A stretch of 64,000 nt of DNA from Candidatus Omnitrophota bacterium (GCA_018400015.1 JAGYNB010000001.1:328321-392320); one strand, 5' to 3'; numbered from the stretch's first letter, positions 51,569-61,436 are shown. Program-made: numbers and translations. Notes: a model not told the origin generated them from the sequence alone.

Positions 51569-52674
51569 ATAATTACCGACCGACCGTAGCAAAGATAAAT
51601 TTAGCTCACCTTGGGCATAATTTAAAAGTGGTAAAACGTCTTGTTGATGCAGGCGTTAAGATAATGCCTACTGTTAAGGCGAACGCCTATGGCCATGGCC
51701 TAGTGCAGATTGCCAAGGAGTTGGATAAATTAAATATTGATTTTTTAGGTGTGTCTAGCCTTGAGGAGGCGATAGCTTTAAGAAGTTCGAGTATAAAGCG
51801 GCCAATACTTGTTTTGGGAGAGGTATTTAAAAAAGATGTTGGTGTGGTTTTAAAGTATAAGTTAGATCAAACTGTTTTCTCATATAGTTTAGCCAAGGCG
51901 CTAAATAATCAAGCAAAAAAAATAGGAATAATAACAAAGATTCATATTAAGGTAGATACTGGCATGGGAAGATTGGGGGTAATGCATAAAGAGGCATTTG
52001 AGTTAGTTAAGAAAATTGCATCTCTTAAAAATATAAAAATCGAAGGTATTTTTACGCATTTTCCCAAGGCTGAAACTGACAAAGCTTTTACTAATAAGCA
52101 AATTAAAGCATTTAAAGGATTAATAAAAAAACTTTCTGAAAATGGTATTTATATACCGATAATCCACTCGGCAAACAGTATGGGGATTATTGATTACAAG
52201 AACAGTCATTTTAACCTTGTTCGGCCAGGGCTTATGCTTTATGGGATTTATCCTAAAAGAGGATTAAGACCTGTTTTAAAGCCGGTTATGAGTTTAGTGA
52301 CAAAAATAATTTTTATCAAAAATCTTCCTTCCGGACACGGGGTAAGCTATGGACATAGCTTTATTGCTTCTAAGAATACAAAGACAGCGATTCTTCCTAT
52401 TGGCTATGGTGATGGTTATTTTAGGGGTTTTTCCGATAAGGCGCAGGTGTTGATAAGAGGCAAAAGATGTAAGATAATAGGTAAAATCTGCATGGATTAT
52501 ACTATGGTTGATGTCAGCAGTTTAAAGAAAGTCTCCTGCGGCGATGAAGCTGTTTTGATAGGTACACAAGGTAGAGAAAAAATTCTTGCTTCGGATTTAG
52601 CTAAACTTGTCGGTACTATCGCTTATGAAGTGACTTGTTCAGTGGGAGCTAGGATCCCGCGTTATTTTATTTAA
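51565..52674 (+). CDS. alr: Alanine racemase
   Basis: VKANAYGHG, DTGMGRLG, RPGLMLYG, VSYG, ICMD; start at MNNY (ATGA overlap). Confidence 0.96.
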   Translation: MNNYRPTVAKINLAHLGHNLKVVKRLVDAGVKIMPTVKANAYGHGLVQIAKELDKLNIDFLGVSSLEEAIALRSSSIKRPILVLGEVFKKDVGVVLKYKLDQTVFSYSLAKALNNQAKKIGIITKIHIKVDTGMGRLGVMHKEAFELVKKIASLKNIKIEGIFTHFPKAETDKAFTNKQIKAFKGLIKKLSENGIYIPIIHSANSMGIIDYKNSHFNLVRPGLMLYGIYPKRGLRPVLKPVMSLVTKIIFIKNLPSGHGVSYGHSFIASKNTKTAILPIGYGDGYFRGFSDKAQVLIRGKRCKIIGKICMDYTMVDVSSLKKVSCGDEAVLIGTQGREKILASDLAKLVGTIAYEVTCSVGARIPRYFI

Positions 52675-53762
52675 GGTAAGATTTGAATAAAATAAATAGA
52701 TAATCCCAAGAACATTATTGGCGTAAGCCATACTGCAAGGAAAGGAATTAGAATTCCTTCTTTTCCAAAGGCAATACCTAAGACAGAGCAAAGATAATAA
52801 ACAAAACTTAAAGCGACAAATACTCCAAAAGAAATAATATTAGAAGAGCGTTTTTTGGTTGTAAAAGCAAAAGAGATTGCTATCATTATAAGTATTACGG
52901 CTGAAAAAGAACTGGCAAATTTATTATAATAATCTACCTTGAGGTTTCTTACAGCCTGTTTTGCGCCGCTTTTGGATATTCTATCAATATACTGACTTAA
53001 TTGGGAGGTATTCATTAATTCTAATTTTTGTCTCTGCTGAAGTAGTATTTTCGGTTTTTCAACTATATTAATTGCTTTTTCTTCAAAATAAAAAGGTTCG
53101 TGTTTTGGTTCGCCGTCACTGAAAAAATCATATACAAGAACTTTATAAAAAATCCATTCATTACCGTTATAGACAGCTTTTTGTGCTACGACTTTAGAGA
53201 TTACGTTTTGATTTGAATCGTGTTCTAATATATTGATCTGTTCAAGGGTGTTTTCATCGACATTGAAGGAATTTGCATAAATTAGTCTGTTATTACTGCC
53301 GTAACAGGTCAGGTATTGTATGATCTGGCTGGTTTTATTTCGTTGTGCCGGTTCAAGCCTATCGGAGATTTCTTCATGAATATTTTGGGTTATAGGTATT
53401 ATTTTTTCATTCACCATAAATATCATAAAACTCATCAGGATTCCCATCATAATAATGTTTCTTGTGACCTGCCAGATATTTTGTCCACTTGCACGCATTA
53501 CAATAAGTTCGTTATCGCGGTTTAACCTGGTAAGGGTAAATATGGTAGCCAGAAAAATACAGTATGAAGAGATTTGAATAAATATCGTAGGCAGAAATGT
53601 CAGATAATAATTTACAAATAAACCTAATCCGACTTTTTGTTCTAGAAAGTCATCAAGGTGTGTGAAGATATCAATGATTACATAAAGTCCCATGAATATC
53701 ATTACACAGGCAAGGAAGGATAAAATAAGAGATTTTACTATGTATCTGTCTAGGATACGCAT
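52671..53762 (-). CDS. lptG: LPS export permease LptG (YjgP/YjgQ family)
   Basis: MRILDRYI, NELIVMRASG, 6-TM layout; second gene of a tandem pair. Confidence 0.85.
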   Translation of the reverse strand: MRILDRYIVKSLILSFLACVMIFMGLYVIIDIFTHLDDFLEQKVGLGLFVNYYLTFLPTIFIQISSYCIFLATIFTLTRLNRDNELIVMRASGQNIWQVTRNIIMMGILMSFMIFMVNEKIIPITQNIHEEISDRLEPAQRNKTSQIIQYLTCYGSNNRLIYANSFNVDENTLEQINILEHDSNQNVISKVVAQKAVYNGNEWIFYKVLVYDFFSDGEPKHEPFYFEEKAINIVEKPKILLQQRQKLELMNTSQLSQYIDRISKSGAKQAVRNLKVDYYNKFASSFSAVILIMIAISFAFTTKKRSSNIISFGVFVALSFVYYLCSVLGIAFGKEGILIPFLAVWLTPIMFLGLSIYFIQILP

Positions 53763-54844
53763 GATCGGCGTAAAAGTATAATTCCTAATGTTGCCATTGT
53801 TAAATTAGCCAGCCACATTGATAAAACTGGCATTTTTCCTTGGAGACTCAAGGCTTCAAAACCTAAAAAGATTAGATAATAAATTGTAACAATAGCGAAT
53901 ATTAATACAATATTTGCATTTTTTTGCCTTTTATGGGTTATTATTCCCAGGGGAATCCCCAGTAATATAAATACTAAGGGTGCAAAGCTGATGGCAATTT
54001 TTTCATGAAGTTGAGTTAAGTAGGGAAGAGGGCTGATCTGTTGGTTTTTAAAGGAATTGATTTTATCTTTTAATTCCTTTATGGTCATATCTGTTGGTTT
54101 TTTGTCTATATTATCTGACGACTGGTTTTGAGCGAGGTTTAATGTCATAAAATAAGTCTTGAAGTATAGTTTATAGAAATTATCCGGGTTTTTAGGGTCA
54201 ACTTCGTCAGAGGTGCCGTCAATCAATTTTAATTTAACGATGCTTTTTTCAGGGTAGCTTATAAATTCACCTTTTTTTGCGACAATTGTACGCGTAGGTT
54301 TATTTTCACCTTGCGGTTCATAGATTCTGATATTGAATAATTTATTGCCTTCTATGCGGTAGATAAAAAGGATATATTTTTGAAAGGAGTTAATAAAAGT
54401 TCCCGGTTCGAGTGCGGCAGTTGGGTTTTTAACTCCTAAATCTACGATAGCTTTTCGTGAGGCAAAGTGGGATTTGGGAATCAATTGGTCGTTTAATATA
54501 ACAAGCGTAAGGCTTAGAATAAAAGCAATTATAATAAACGGCATTAAAAGATTTATAATATTTATTCCGCTTGCTCTTATGGCGATGATTTCATTGTCCG
54601 ATGAGGCTCTTCCTAAAGATAAGAGCACCCCTGAAAGTGCGGCAATCGGTATGGTATAGGCGAATAGATAGGGGATTAAGAAAATAAACAGTTTTCCTAC
54701 GATTTCAATGCTTACGTTTTTGTTTATAATCAGGTAAGCGAATTTTATCAGATTGCCCAAAAGCATGACAAAAGTTAATACGGCTAAGGATATCCCAAAA
54801 TATATTAAAAATTCTTTTGTTAGGTATGTTCGTAGTATTTTCAT
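53750..54844 (-). CDS. lptF: LPS export permease LptF (YjgP/YjgQ family)
   Basis: MKILRTYL, SDNEIIAIRASG, GIPLG; start taken at MKIL. Confidence 0.85.
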   Translation of the reverse strand: MKILRTYLTKEFLIYFGISLAVLTFVMLLGNLIKFAYLIINKNVSIEIVGKLFIFLIPYLFAYTIPIAALSGVLLSLGRASSDNEIIAIRASGINIINLLMPFIIIAFILSLTLVILNDQLIPKSHFASRKAIVDLGVKNPTAALEPGTFINSFQKYILFIYRIEGNKLFNIRIYEPQGENKPTRTIVAKKGEFISYPEKSIVKLKLIDGTSDEVDPKNPDNFYKLYFKTYFMTLNLAQNQSSDNIDKKPTDMTIKELKDKINSFKNQQISPLPYLTQLHEKIAISFAPLVFILLGIPLGIITHKRQKNANIVLIFAIVTIYYLIFLGFEALSLQGKMPVLSMWLANLTMATLGIILLRRSCVS

Positions 54845-54845
54845 T

Positions 54846-55562
54846 TTATTGTGCCAGAGTAAGCGAAACAACCGAGTTCGCACCGGTATTTTTTAGCGCT
54901 GCCGATAGTTCTGAGACGGTAGCTCCGGTTGTGAATACATCATCGATGATCATAATATTTTTATTTTTTATTCTGGAATGTTCTTTTACACAGAAAGCAT
55001 TCTTTAGATTATTAAACCTTTTATACTTATCCAGTTTTGTCTGGCTGGGCGTATTTTTAAATCTATGCACGGTATTTTTAAAGTAATCCTTTTTAAAGTA
55101 TTCAGCGATAGGTTCTGACAATAGATGCGCTTGGTTAAACCCACGGTCTTGGAGCCTTTTTTTATATAAAGGTACGGCGATTATACAATCTATTTTGTCA
55201 ATGGGGATATGTTTTTGAATAAATTCAATCATTAATTGGCTGAAAAGTCGATGTAGTTTTGTAAAGCCTTTGTATTTAAATTGGTGGATCAGTTTTAGCA
55301 TTATGCCTTCGTATTTACATACACTCCAGGAGCGAGAGAATTCATAGGTCGAGTTTTTGCAATTTGAGCAGAAACAAAACCTGTTATCATTTAAATTTTT
55401 CCCGCAACTTACACAAAATGGCGCATCGATAAAGCTTATTTTCTCAAGACATTCTAGGCATACGCCTTCAATGTGTTCTTTGTTTTCAATATGCTTATTA
55501 CAGCTTAAGCAATAGTGAGGGAAAATTATGCTTTCAAAACCTTTTAAAAATTCCTTCCACAC
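54846..55562 (-). CDS. comF: ComF family protein (double zinc ribbon plus phosphoribosyltransferase)
   Basis: Four CxxC motifs, RGFNQA, IIDDVFTTGAT. Confidence 0.92.
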   Translation of the reverse strand: MWKEFLKGFESIIFPHYCLSCNKHIENKEHIEGVCLECLEKISFIDAPFCVSCGKNLNDNRFCFCSNCKNSTYEFSRSWSVCKYEGIMLKLIHQFKYKGFTKLHRLFSQLMIEFIQKHIPIDKIDCIIAVPLYKKRLQDRGFNQAHLLSEPIAEYFKKDYFKNTVHRFKNTPSQTKLDKYKRFNNLKNAFCVKEHSRIKNKNIMIIDDVFTTGATVSELSAALKNTGANSVVSLTLAQ

Positions 55563-55570
55563 AAGCTAAT

Positions 55571-55599
55571 ATCTTAACATTGAGCTATGAATTTGTCAA
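55571..55599 (-). promoter_or_regulatory. Putative sigma70 promoter for comF-lptFG (leaderless-type)
   Basis: TTGACA-17nt-TAAGAT, then 8 nt to the GTG start. Confidence 0.6.
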
Positions 55600-55614
55600 T
55601 TCAGTTAAAATACG

Positions 55615-55642
55615 TTGCAAATATATATAAGAGTAATAGAAT
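55615..55642 (+). promoter_or_regulatory. Putative divergent sigma70 promoter (leaderless-type)
   Basis: TTGCAA-16nt-TAGAAT, then 8 nt to the ATG at 55651. Confidence 0.5.
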
Positions 55643-55650
55643 ATATATTT

Positions 55651-56883
55651 ATGAAACCTTCTATTGTGGTTATTGGCGCAGGTCCGGCTGGAGTGATGGC
55701 TTCGATTAAGGCAGCACATTCTGGCAAGGGAGTAGTTTTAATTGAGCAAAATTCATTTATAGGCAAAAAACTGCTTTTAACTGGTAAAGGAAGGGGTAAT
55801 ATTACCAATATGGCGGGCCAGGAGAGCTTTTTAAATTATTTTAATAAAAATGCTTTATTCTTAAGAGATGCATTCAGAAAGTTTTTCAATAAGGAATTAT
55901 GTGATTTTTTTACTTCGCGCGGCTTAAGGTTAAAAACTGAAAGGCAGAACCGGGTTTTCCCTGAATCTGATATGGCAGCGGATGTAGTTAAGGTCCTGGA
56001 AAAGTCTTTAGATAATAAAAATATTGAGCTTATATTGAATACAAAGGTTACTGATATATTAGTAGAAAATAGTACTGTAACAGGCGTAGTTTTAGATTCT
56101 CATAGAAAGATTATTGTAAAAAAAGTCATTTTAGCAACAGGCGGGGTAAGCTTCCCTCGGACAGGCTCTACCGGAGACGGGTTTAGATTGGTCAAGAAAT
56201 TATCTCATAAGGTTACGCAGCTTAGGCCTGGGCTTGTGGCTTTGGTGTCAAAGGATAAATGGGTAAGATCATTACAAGGTTTGACTTTAAAAAACGTAAA
56301 GGTGATATTTTCACAGAAAAACAAAAGAGTCGAATCTTGCGTAGGGGAACTTTTATTTACTCATTTTGGCATATCCGGTCCCTTGGTGTTGGATTTAAGC
56401 AATAGAGTCAATTCTTGGCTTGACACACAAGGTGTAAGTGCTACTATTGATTTAAAACCAGGGTTAAGAAAAGAACAGTTGGAAAGTAAGTTTTTACGAG
56501 AAACAAATGGGAAAAAAGAAATCAAAAGCTTTTTAAGGTTGCTTTTACCTTTGAGGCTTGTAGATGTTTTTATTTATAGGTGTAATTTAGATCCGCATAA
56601 AAAAATAAGCCAGATTACGAAAAAAGAAAGACAGGCAATAGTTAATTTACTGAAAGCTTTAGATTTTAAGATTGTTTCTACTCTGGGTTTAGATAAAGGT
56701 ATGGTTACTTGCGGAGGGGTGTCTTTGAAGGAAATTGATCCGCGTACAATGCAGTCAAAACTCATAAACGGGTTGTATTTTGCCGGTGAAATAATTGATG
56801 TTGACGCTGTAAGCGGCGGGTACAACCTGCAGGCAGCATTTTCCACTGGTTTTTTAGCAGGGGAAAGCGCAAGTTCTGGTTAG
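55651..56883 (+). CDS. HI0933/YhiN (BaiN-like) family flavoprotein
   Basis: GAGPAG, GKKLLLTGKGRGN, RVFP, ATGG, LFTHFGISGP, VTCGGV, GGYNLQ. Confidence 0.92.
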   Translation: MKPSIVVIGAGPAGVMASIKAAHSGKGVVLIEQNSFIGKKLLLTGKGRGNITNMAGQESFLNYFNKNALFLRDAFRKFFNKELCDFFTSRGLRLKTERQNRVFPESDMAADVVKVLEKSLDNKNIELILNTKVTDILVENSTVTGVVLDSHRKIIVKKVILATGGVSFPRTGSTGDGFRLVKKLSHKVTQLRPGLVALVSKDKWVRSLQGLTLKNVKVIFSQKNKRVESCVGELLFTHFGISGPLVLDLSNRVNSWLDTQGVSATIDLKPGLRKEQLESKFLRETNGKKEIKSFLRLLLPLRLVDVFIYRCNLDPHKKISQITKKERQAIVNLLKALDFKIVSTLGLDKGMVTCGGVSLKEIDPRTMQSKLINGLYFAGEIIDVDAVSGGYNLQAAFSTGFLAGESASSG

Positions 56884-58221
56884 ATGATGAAAAGAATAAT
56901 TTTGGCAACTAATTCACAGGCGAGAAAAAAGGTATTTAGGATTTTTGGCATAAAGTTTACTACGGCAGTATCTAATATAAAAGAGCGTAAAGTTAATAAT
57001 TTAAAGAGAATGGGTTGCGAAAAAATAGTAATAGGGAATGCTAAAAAAAAGGCGCTGTCATTAAAAGAAAAATATAAAAAAGGCGTAATCGTATCAGCAG
57101 ATACTTTGATTGTGCAGGATAATAAAGTGTACGGCAAGCCAAAAGATTTATTCCAGGCAAGGAGAATGCTTGAGAAACTTTCCAGCGCGGCTCATTTTGT
57201 ATATACCGGTCTTTGCGTATTTGATATAGATAAAGGCAAGTGTTTTACTGATTTTGACAAGACAAAAGTAATAATGGAAAAGCTCTCATGTAAGGATATA
57301 GATAATTATTTTAGATGCATTAATCCGCTTTCTAAAGCAGGTAGTTTTGATGTTTTTTCTGAAGGTGCGTGGTTTGTCAAAAGGATAGAAGGGTGTTTTT
57401 ATAATGTTGTAGGACTTCCTTTAAACAAGCTTTATAGGTTATTACGTAAAGCGGGGGTTTTTATAGTAGTGGTGTTATGTTTAAGTATTTTTTCTGGTTG
57501 TGCCACAGAATATAATGTTGTTACTAGGAACGAAGAGTTGATTTATTATTCTACGGAAAAGGAAGTTGCAATCGGTAGGTCCGTATCCAAGCAAATCGAA
57601 AAGGAATTTGAGCTTTCTAAGGATACTTTACTTACAAAGCGTCTTGAGGAAGTGGGTGCTAAAGTGGCTAGTGTGTCTGATAGAAAAGATATAGTTTATA
57701 TTTTTAGAATTCTTGATGAGGAAGAGATTAATGCGTTTGCTTTACCGGGTGGATACGTTTATGTCAATAGGGGCCTTATGGAAAAAACCGATGATGACGA
57801 ACTTGCTTGTGTTATTGGTCATGAAATCGGTCATATAAATGCTAAACACAGTATAAAAAGGCTTCAGTCTAGTTATGGGTATACATTTTTGATGGTTTTG
57901 GCAGGTTTTGGTGCAAAGTCGAATGAGGCTATGCAGGGTGTGAGCACGATATTTAATACGCTTATGTTGGGTTATTCTAGAAAAGATGAATTGTTGGCAG
58001 ATACTCTAGGCGTACGATATGCAAAAAAAGCTGGATTTGATGCCAAGAAAATGATAAGCTTTCTGGAAAAGCTGCATGAAATACACACGAAGCGTCCGGC
58101 AAGGGAATACTCTTATGCAAGGACTCATCCTTATACGAGTGACAGAATTCGTATTATCAAGCAGGAGCTGGGGATGGCGGTTAATTTTAGCGATTATATA
58201 AATAAAGAAGACGATATTTAA
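56884..58221 (+). CDS. Fusion protein: Maf nucleotide pyrophosphatase, internal lipoprotein signal, M48 zinc metalloprotease
   Basis: Maf motifs (VSADT, GKPKD, KAGSF, NVVGLP), then RK-hydrophobic-FSGC, then NAFALPGG, HEIGH, YSRKDELLAD, THP. Confidence 0.85.
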   Translation: MMKRIILATNSQARKKVFRIFGIKFTTAVSNIKERKVNNLKRMGCEKIVIGNAKKKALSLKEKYKKGVIVSADTLIVQDNKVYGKPKDLFQARRMLEKLSSAAHFVYTGLCVFDIDKGKCFTDFDKTKVIMEKLSCKDIDNYFRCINPLSKAGSFDVFSEGAWFVKRIEGCFYNVVGLPLNKLYRLLRKAGVFIVVVLCLSIFSGCATEYNVVTRNEELIYYSTEKEVAIGRSVSKQIEKEFELSKDTLLTKRLEEVGAKVASVSDRKDIVYIFRILDEEEINAFALPGGYVYVNRGLMEKTDDDELACVIGHEIGHINAKHSIKRLQSSYGYTFLMVLAGFGAKSNEAMQGVSTIFNTLMLGYSRKDELLADTLGVRYAKKAGFDAKKMISFLEKLHEIHTKRPAREYSYARTHPYTSDRIRIIKQELGMAVNFSDYINKEDDI

Positions 58222-58224
58222 TAG

Positions 58225-58896
58225 ATGAAAAAAACCAAGAAGACAGTTAAGCCTTTTGTTTTTTATACAAGACTTCATCTATCACAGATGACCGGACTTC
58301 GCGCTGCCAATATCAGCCAGTTAATGGAGCTGATAAAGCAGGTTTCCGGTTCTTGTATATATCACCATACACATAGGTTTTTACAGATTCATCAGTATCT
58401 GTCGCCTGAACCTCCGAATGATTTTGCCTATTGGGTTAATTATGTCTTGGGTGAAGATGAGCTTGGTGAAAGATTGGCTAGTATCGACACAGTGCAGTTT
58501 TCCAGCATTAGAAGTCTGAGAGAGAAAATCATCCAAACAATAGAAAACTATATTGAGAATAATCCGCTTGCAAAATTAAGGTTTTCTAGAAAAGACGAGG
58601 AATTCCATTTTATCGAGTCGATCAGCTTCATTATTCCTACTAAGTATTCTGTTACTACTCTAAGAGATTTTTCGCGAACTTTGAAAAAAGTTACCATAGA
58701 TTCGATTTATTTTCATATATTCGAGTCACGCCTAAGGCTTGAGAAACAAAATAATGATTTTTCCGCATGGATCGATGATGCTTTTGGTAATAAAATCTTG
58801 GCGGATAGTATTGCCCGGCTTGACCCTTACACGCATACACTGGAAGATTTAAGGAAAAAACTTATAAATATAGTTGATAATGCAATAAAAAAATAA
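58225..58896 (+). CDS. DUF5752-like protein with internal duplication
   Basis: Repeated unit IYHH..NDFAYWV / IYFH..NDFSAWI; directly upstream of the TreT-like gene. Confidence 0.75.
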   Translation: MKKTKKTVKPFVFYTRLHLSQMTGLRAANISQLMELIKQVSGSCIYHHTHRFLQIHQYLSPEPPNDFAYWVNYVLGEDELGERLASIDTVQFSSIRSLREKIIQTIENYIENNPLAKLRFSRKDEEFHFIESISFIIPTKYSVTTLRDFSRTLKKVTIDSIYFHIFESRLRLEKQNNDFSAWIDDAFGNKILADSIARLDPYTHTLEDLRKKLINIVDNAIKK

Positions 58897-58897
58897 C

Positions 58898-60109
58898 ATG
58901 CCGTATATCGAAGATTATATTTCAATAGTGGGCCAATCGGTAATAGATGATTTAAGATTAATAGCTGAAAAACTAAAAGGCAAAAAGATTCTTCATATTA
59001 ATTCCACTGCCGTAGGCGGAGGTGTGGCAGAGATATTAAACAGGATGAATCCTTTATTAAGAGAACTTAATGTGGATACGCGCTGGGATGTTATAAGAGG
59101 CGGAGAGAAGTTTTTTAATGTTACAAAAAAATTCCATAATCTTTTGCACGGTAAGCAGGATGAGTTGACTGATGAAGATATTGATATATTTTTATCTACC
59201 GGCAAAGAAAATCAGTTGAATATGGATACATCAAGCGATATTGTCTATGTACATGATCCGCAGCCGATAACCTTAGTTGAGAAGCGTAATGGCAATAAAT
59301 GGCTTTGGCGTTGTCATGTGGATGTATCAAACCCTAATCAAAAGTTATGGAGTTTCTTAAAGCAATATATCGAGCGTTATGATGCAGCGGTTTTCTCTGC
59401 GCCAAGTTTTTCTCAAACATTATCAATCAGGCAGTATTTGATTTCACCGTCGATTGATCCATTAAGTGACAAGAACAAAGATTTATCTTCTGAGGAGATT
59501 TCCAAAGTGTTAGAGCATTATCAGGTACCTGTGGATAAGCCGTTAATAACCCAGATTTCCCGCTTTGACAGGCTTAAAGATCCTCTTGGTGTAATCGAAG
59601 TTTATAAGCTGGTTAAGCGTTACGTTGACTGCCGGCTTATTTTAGCTGGAGGCGGAGCTAGCGATGACCCAGAAGGCGCTCAAGTCTTGGCAGAGGTTAA
59701 TCAGGCGGCAAAAGAGGATAAGGATATACATGTATTGCTAATGCCTCAAAATGATATCCATATAAATGCCCTGCAGCGAGCATCTACTGTAATTATACAA
59801 AAGTCAATTAAGGAAGGTTTTGGTTTGACTGTTTCAGAAGCGCTATGGAAGGCAAAGCCGGTTGTGGCAAGCAATGTCGGCGGGATACCGCTTCAAATAA
59901 CACACCGTTATTCAGGGTTATTGTGTCGTTCTATAGAAGGGGCGGCTTTTGCTGTAAAGCAGCTTTTAAACAGCCCGAATTATGCCAAACAGCTTGGTAA
60001 AAACGGTAAGGAGCATGTCCGCAATAATTTTCTAATCACACGTCACATAAGAGACTATATTTTAGCATTTCTTTCATTATATAATAAAGAACACATAGTA
60101 AATCTTTAG
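58898..60109 (+). CDS. treT: Glycosyltransferase family 4, trehalose synthase TreT-like
   Basis: NSTAVGGGVAEIL, VHDPQP, WRCHVD, QISRFDRLKDP, EGFGLTVSEALWK. Confidence 0.85.
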   Translation: MPYIEDYISIVGQSVIDDLRLIAEKLKGKKILHINSTAVGGGVAEILNRMNPLLRELNVDTRWDVIRGGEKFFNVTKKFHNLLHGKQDELTDEDIDIFLSTGKENQLNMDTSSDIVYVHDPQPITLVEKRNGNKWLWRCHVDVSNPNQKLWSFLKQYIERYDAAVFSAPSFSQTLSIRQYLISPSIDPLSDKNKDLSSEEISKVLEHYQVPVDKPLITQISRFDRLKDPLGVIEVYKLVKRYVDCRLILAGGGASDDPEGAQVLAEVNQAAKEDKDIHVLLMPQNDIHINALQRASTVIIQKSIKEGFGLTVSEALWKAKPVVASNVGGIPLQITHRYSGLLCRSIEGAAFAVKQLLNSPNYAKQLGKNGKEHVRNNFLITRHIRDYILAFLSLYNKEHIVNL

Positions 60110-60170
60110 CACTTTACTTTTTAGTGCAAATCTAATAGTATAATAGAAGAACAAAAAAGGAGTTAATATT

Positions 60171-61223
60171 ATGATTAATGATATTTTAAGTCTCAATATA
60201 TTAGGTAACAGCGTATTTAATTATCTTAAGTTTATTGTTTTAGTTATTATTGGTATGATTGTAGCTAAGATTTTTGAGAAAATTATCTTATCCAGGCTTA
60301 AGAAAATCGCTGAGAAAACTACAACCAGCATAGACGATTTCTTTATAGAAGTTATCCATAAATGCGTTTTACCTGTTGGATATTTTGTAGTGATTTATGT
60401 ATCTTTAAAGGTGTTATATCTGCAAGATGGGTTAAAAAATGTAATTGATAAGCTGGCTATTGCCGTAGTTACAATCTATGGTGTGAAGTTTTTGCTTAAG
60501 GCAATCGACTATAGCTTGGGTATTTATTGGAAGATAAGAAAACAAGACATTGCTCTTAAAAAAAGCCTCACCGGAATTGTTAGGATTTTACGCGTTGTCA
60601 TTTGGGGTTTAGCGATTGTATTTTTTCTGGATAATTTAGGTTTTAATATATCCGCTGTTATTGCCGGTCTTGGTATCGGCGGTGTGGCAGTAGCTTTAGC
60701 CGCACAAGCTGTGTTAGGGGATTTGTTTAGTTATTTTGCAATACTCTTTGACAGGCCTTTTGAGATAGGTGATTTTATCATTATCGGGGATTTTCTTGGT
60801 ACAGTTGAACATATCGGCATAAAGACAACGCGCATAAGAAGTTTAGGCGGTGAACAGGTTGTTTTTTCTAATACCGACCTTACTAATTCACGCGTACGCA
60901 ATTATAAGAGAATGGAAAAGCGTCGCGTGGTGTTTAAGTTAGGCGTAACATACCAGACTCCGCATGTAAAGCTTGTTGAGATACCGAAGATAATTGAGTC
61001 AACAATAAAATCAATTGAAGATACTGTTTTTGACAGGGCGCATTTTTCATCATATGGCGCTTTTAGCTTAGATTTTGAAGTTGTCTATTATGTATTAAGC
61101 AGCGACTACAATAAATACATGGATATCCAGCAGAAGATCAATTTAGGGATTCATAAAGAGTTTGAAACTAAGAATATTGAATTTGCCTATCCTACTCAGA
61201 CATTGTTTGTGAATAAGGGGTAG
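60171..61223 (+). CDS. Small-conductance mechanosensitive channel (MscS family)
   Basis: AGLGIGGVAVALAAQ, DRPFEIGD, TRIRS, FAYPTQT; SD AAGGAG. Confidence 0.95.
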   Translation: MINDILSLNILGNSVFNYLKFIVLVIIGMIVAKIFEKIILSRLKKIAEKTTTSIDDFFIEVIHKCVLPVGYFVVIYVSLKVLYLQDGLKNVIDKLAIAVVTIYGVKFLLKAIDYSLGIYWKIRKQDIALKKSLTGIVRILRVVIWGLAIVFFLDNLGFNISAVIAGLGIGGVAVALAAQAVLGDLFSYFAILFDRPFEIGDFIIIGDFLGTVEHIGIKTTRIRSLGGEQVVFSNTDLTNSRVRNYKRMEKRRVVFKLGVTYQTPHVKLVEIPKIIESTIKSIEDTVFDRAHFSSYGAFSLDFEVVYYVLSSDYNKYMDIQQKINLGIHKEFETKNIEFAYPTQTLFVNKG

Positions 61224-61261
61224 GGGTATAATTGTAGTTTCTCGATGTTCGGGATTTAATT

Positions 61262-61347
61262 TGGTGCGGAAGGAGGGAGTTGAACCCTCATGGAGTTGCC
61301 TCCACAGCGCCCTGAACGCTGCGTGTCTGCCATTCCACCACTTCCGC
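61262..61347 (-). tRNA. tRNA-Leu(CAG)
   Basis: GCGGAAG..TGGTGGAATGGCAGAC, anticodon arm CAGCG-TTCAGGG-CGCTG, long variable arm, GGTTCAACTCC, encoded CCA. Confidence 0.96.
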
Positions 61348-61357
61348 GTGAGTCTTA

Positions 61358-61386
61358 AGTATACCGCAACAGTCTTTTGTAGTCAA
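61358..61386 (-). promoter_or_regulatory. Promoter of tRNA-Leu
   Basis: TTGACT-17nt-TATACT, 10 nt upstream of the tRNA 5' end. Confidence 0.65.
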
Positions 61387-61399
61387 CTTCTAGCCAAGG

Positions 61400-61428
61400 T
61401 TGATAAACCCTTTAATTATTGCTATAAT
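61400..61428 (+). promoter_or_regulatory. Putative promoter of the AEC-smpB-ssrA-amidase unit (leaderless-type)
   Basis: TTGATA-17nt-TATAAT with extended TGn, then 8 nt to the ATG. Confidence 0.6.
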
Positions 61429-61436
61429 AACAACCT

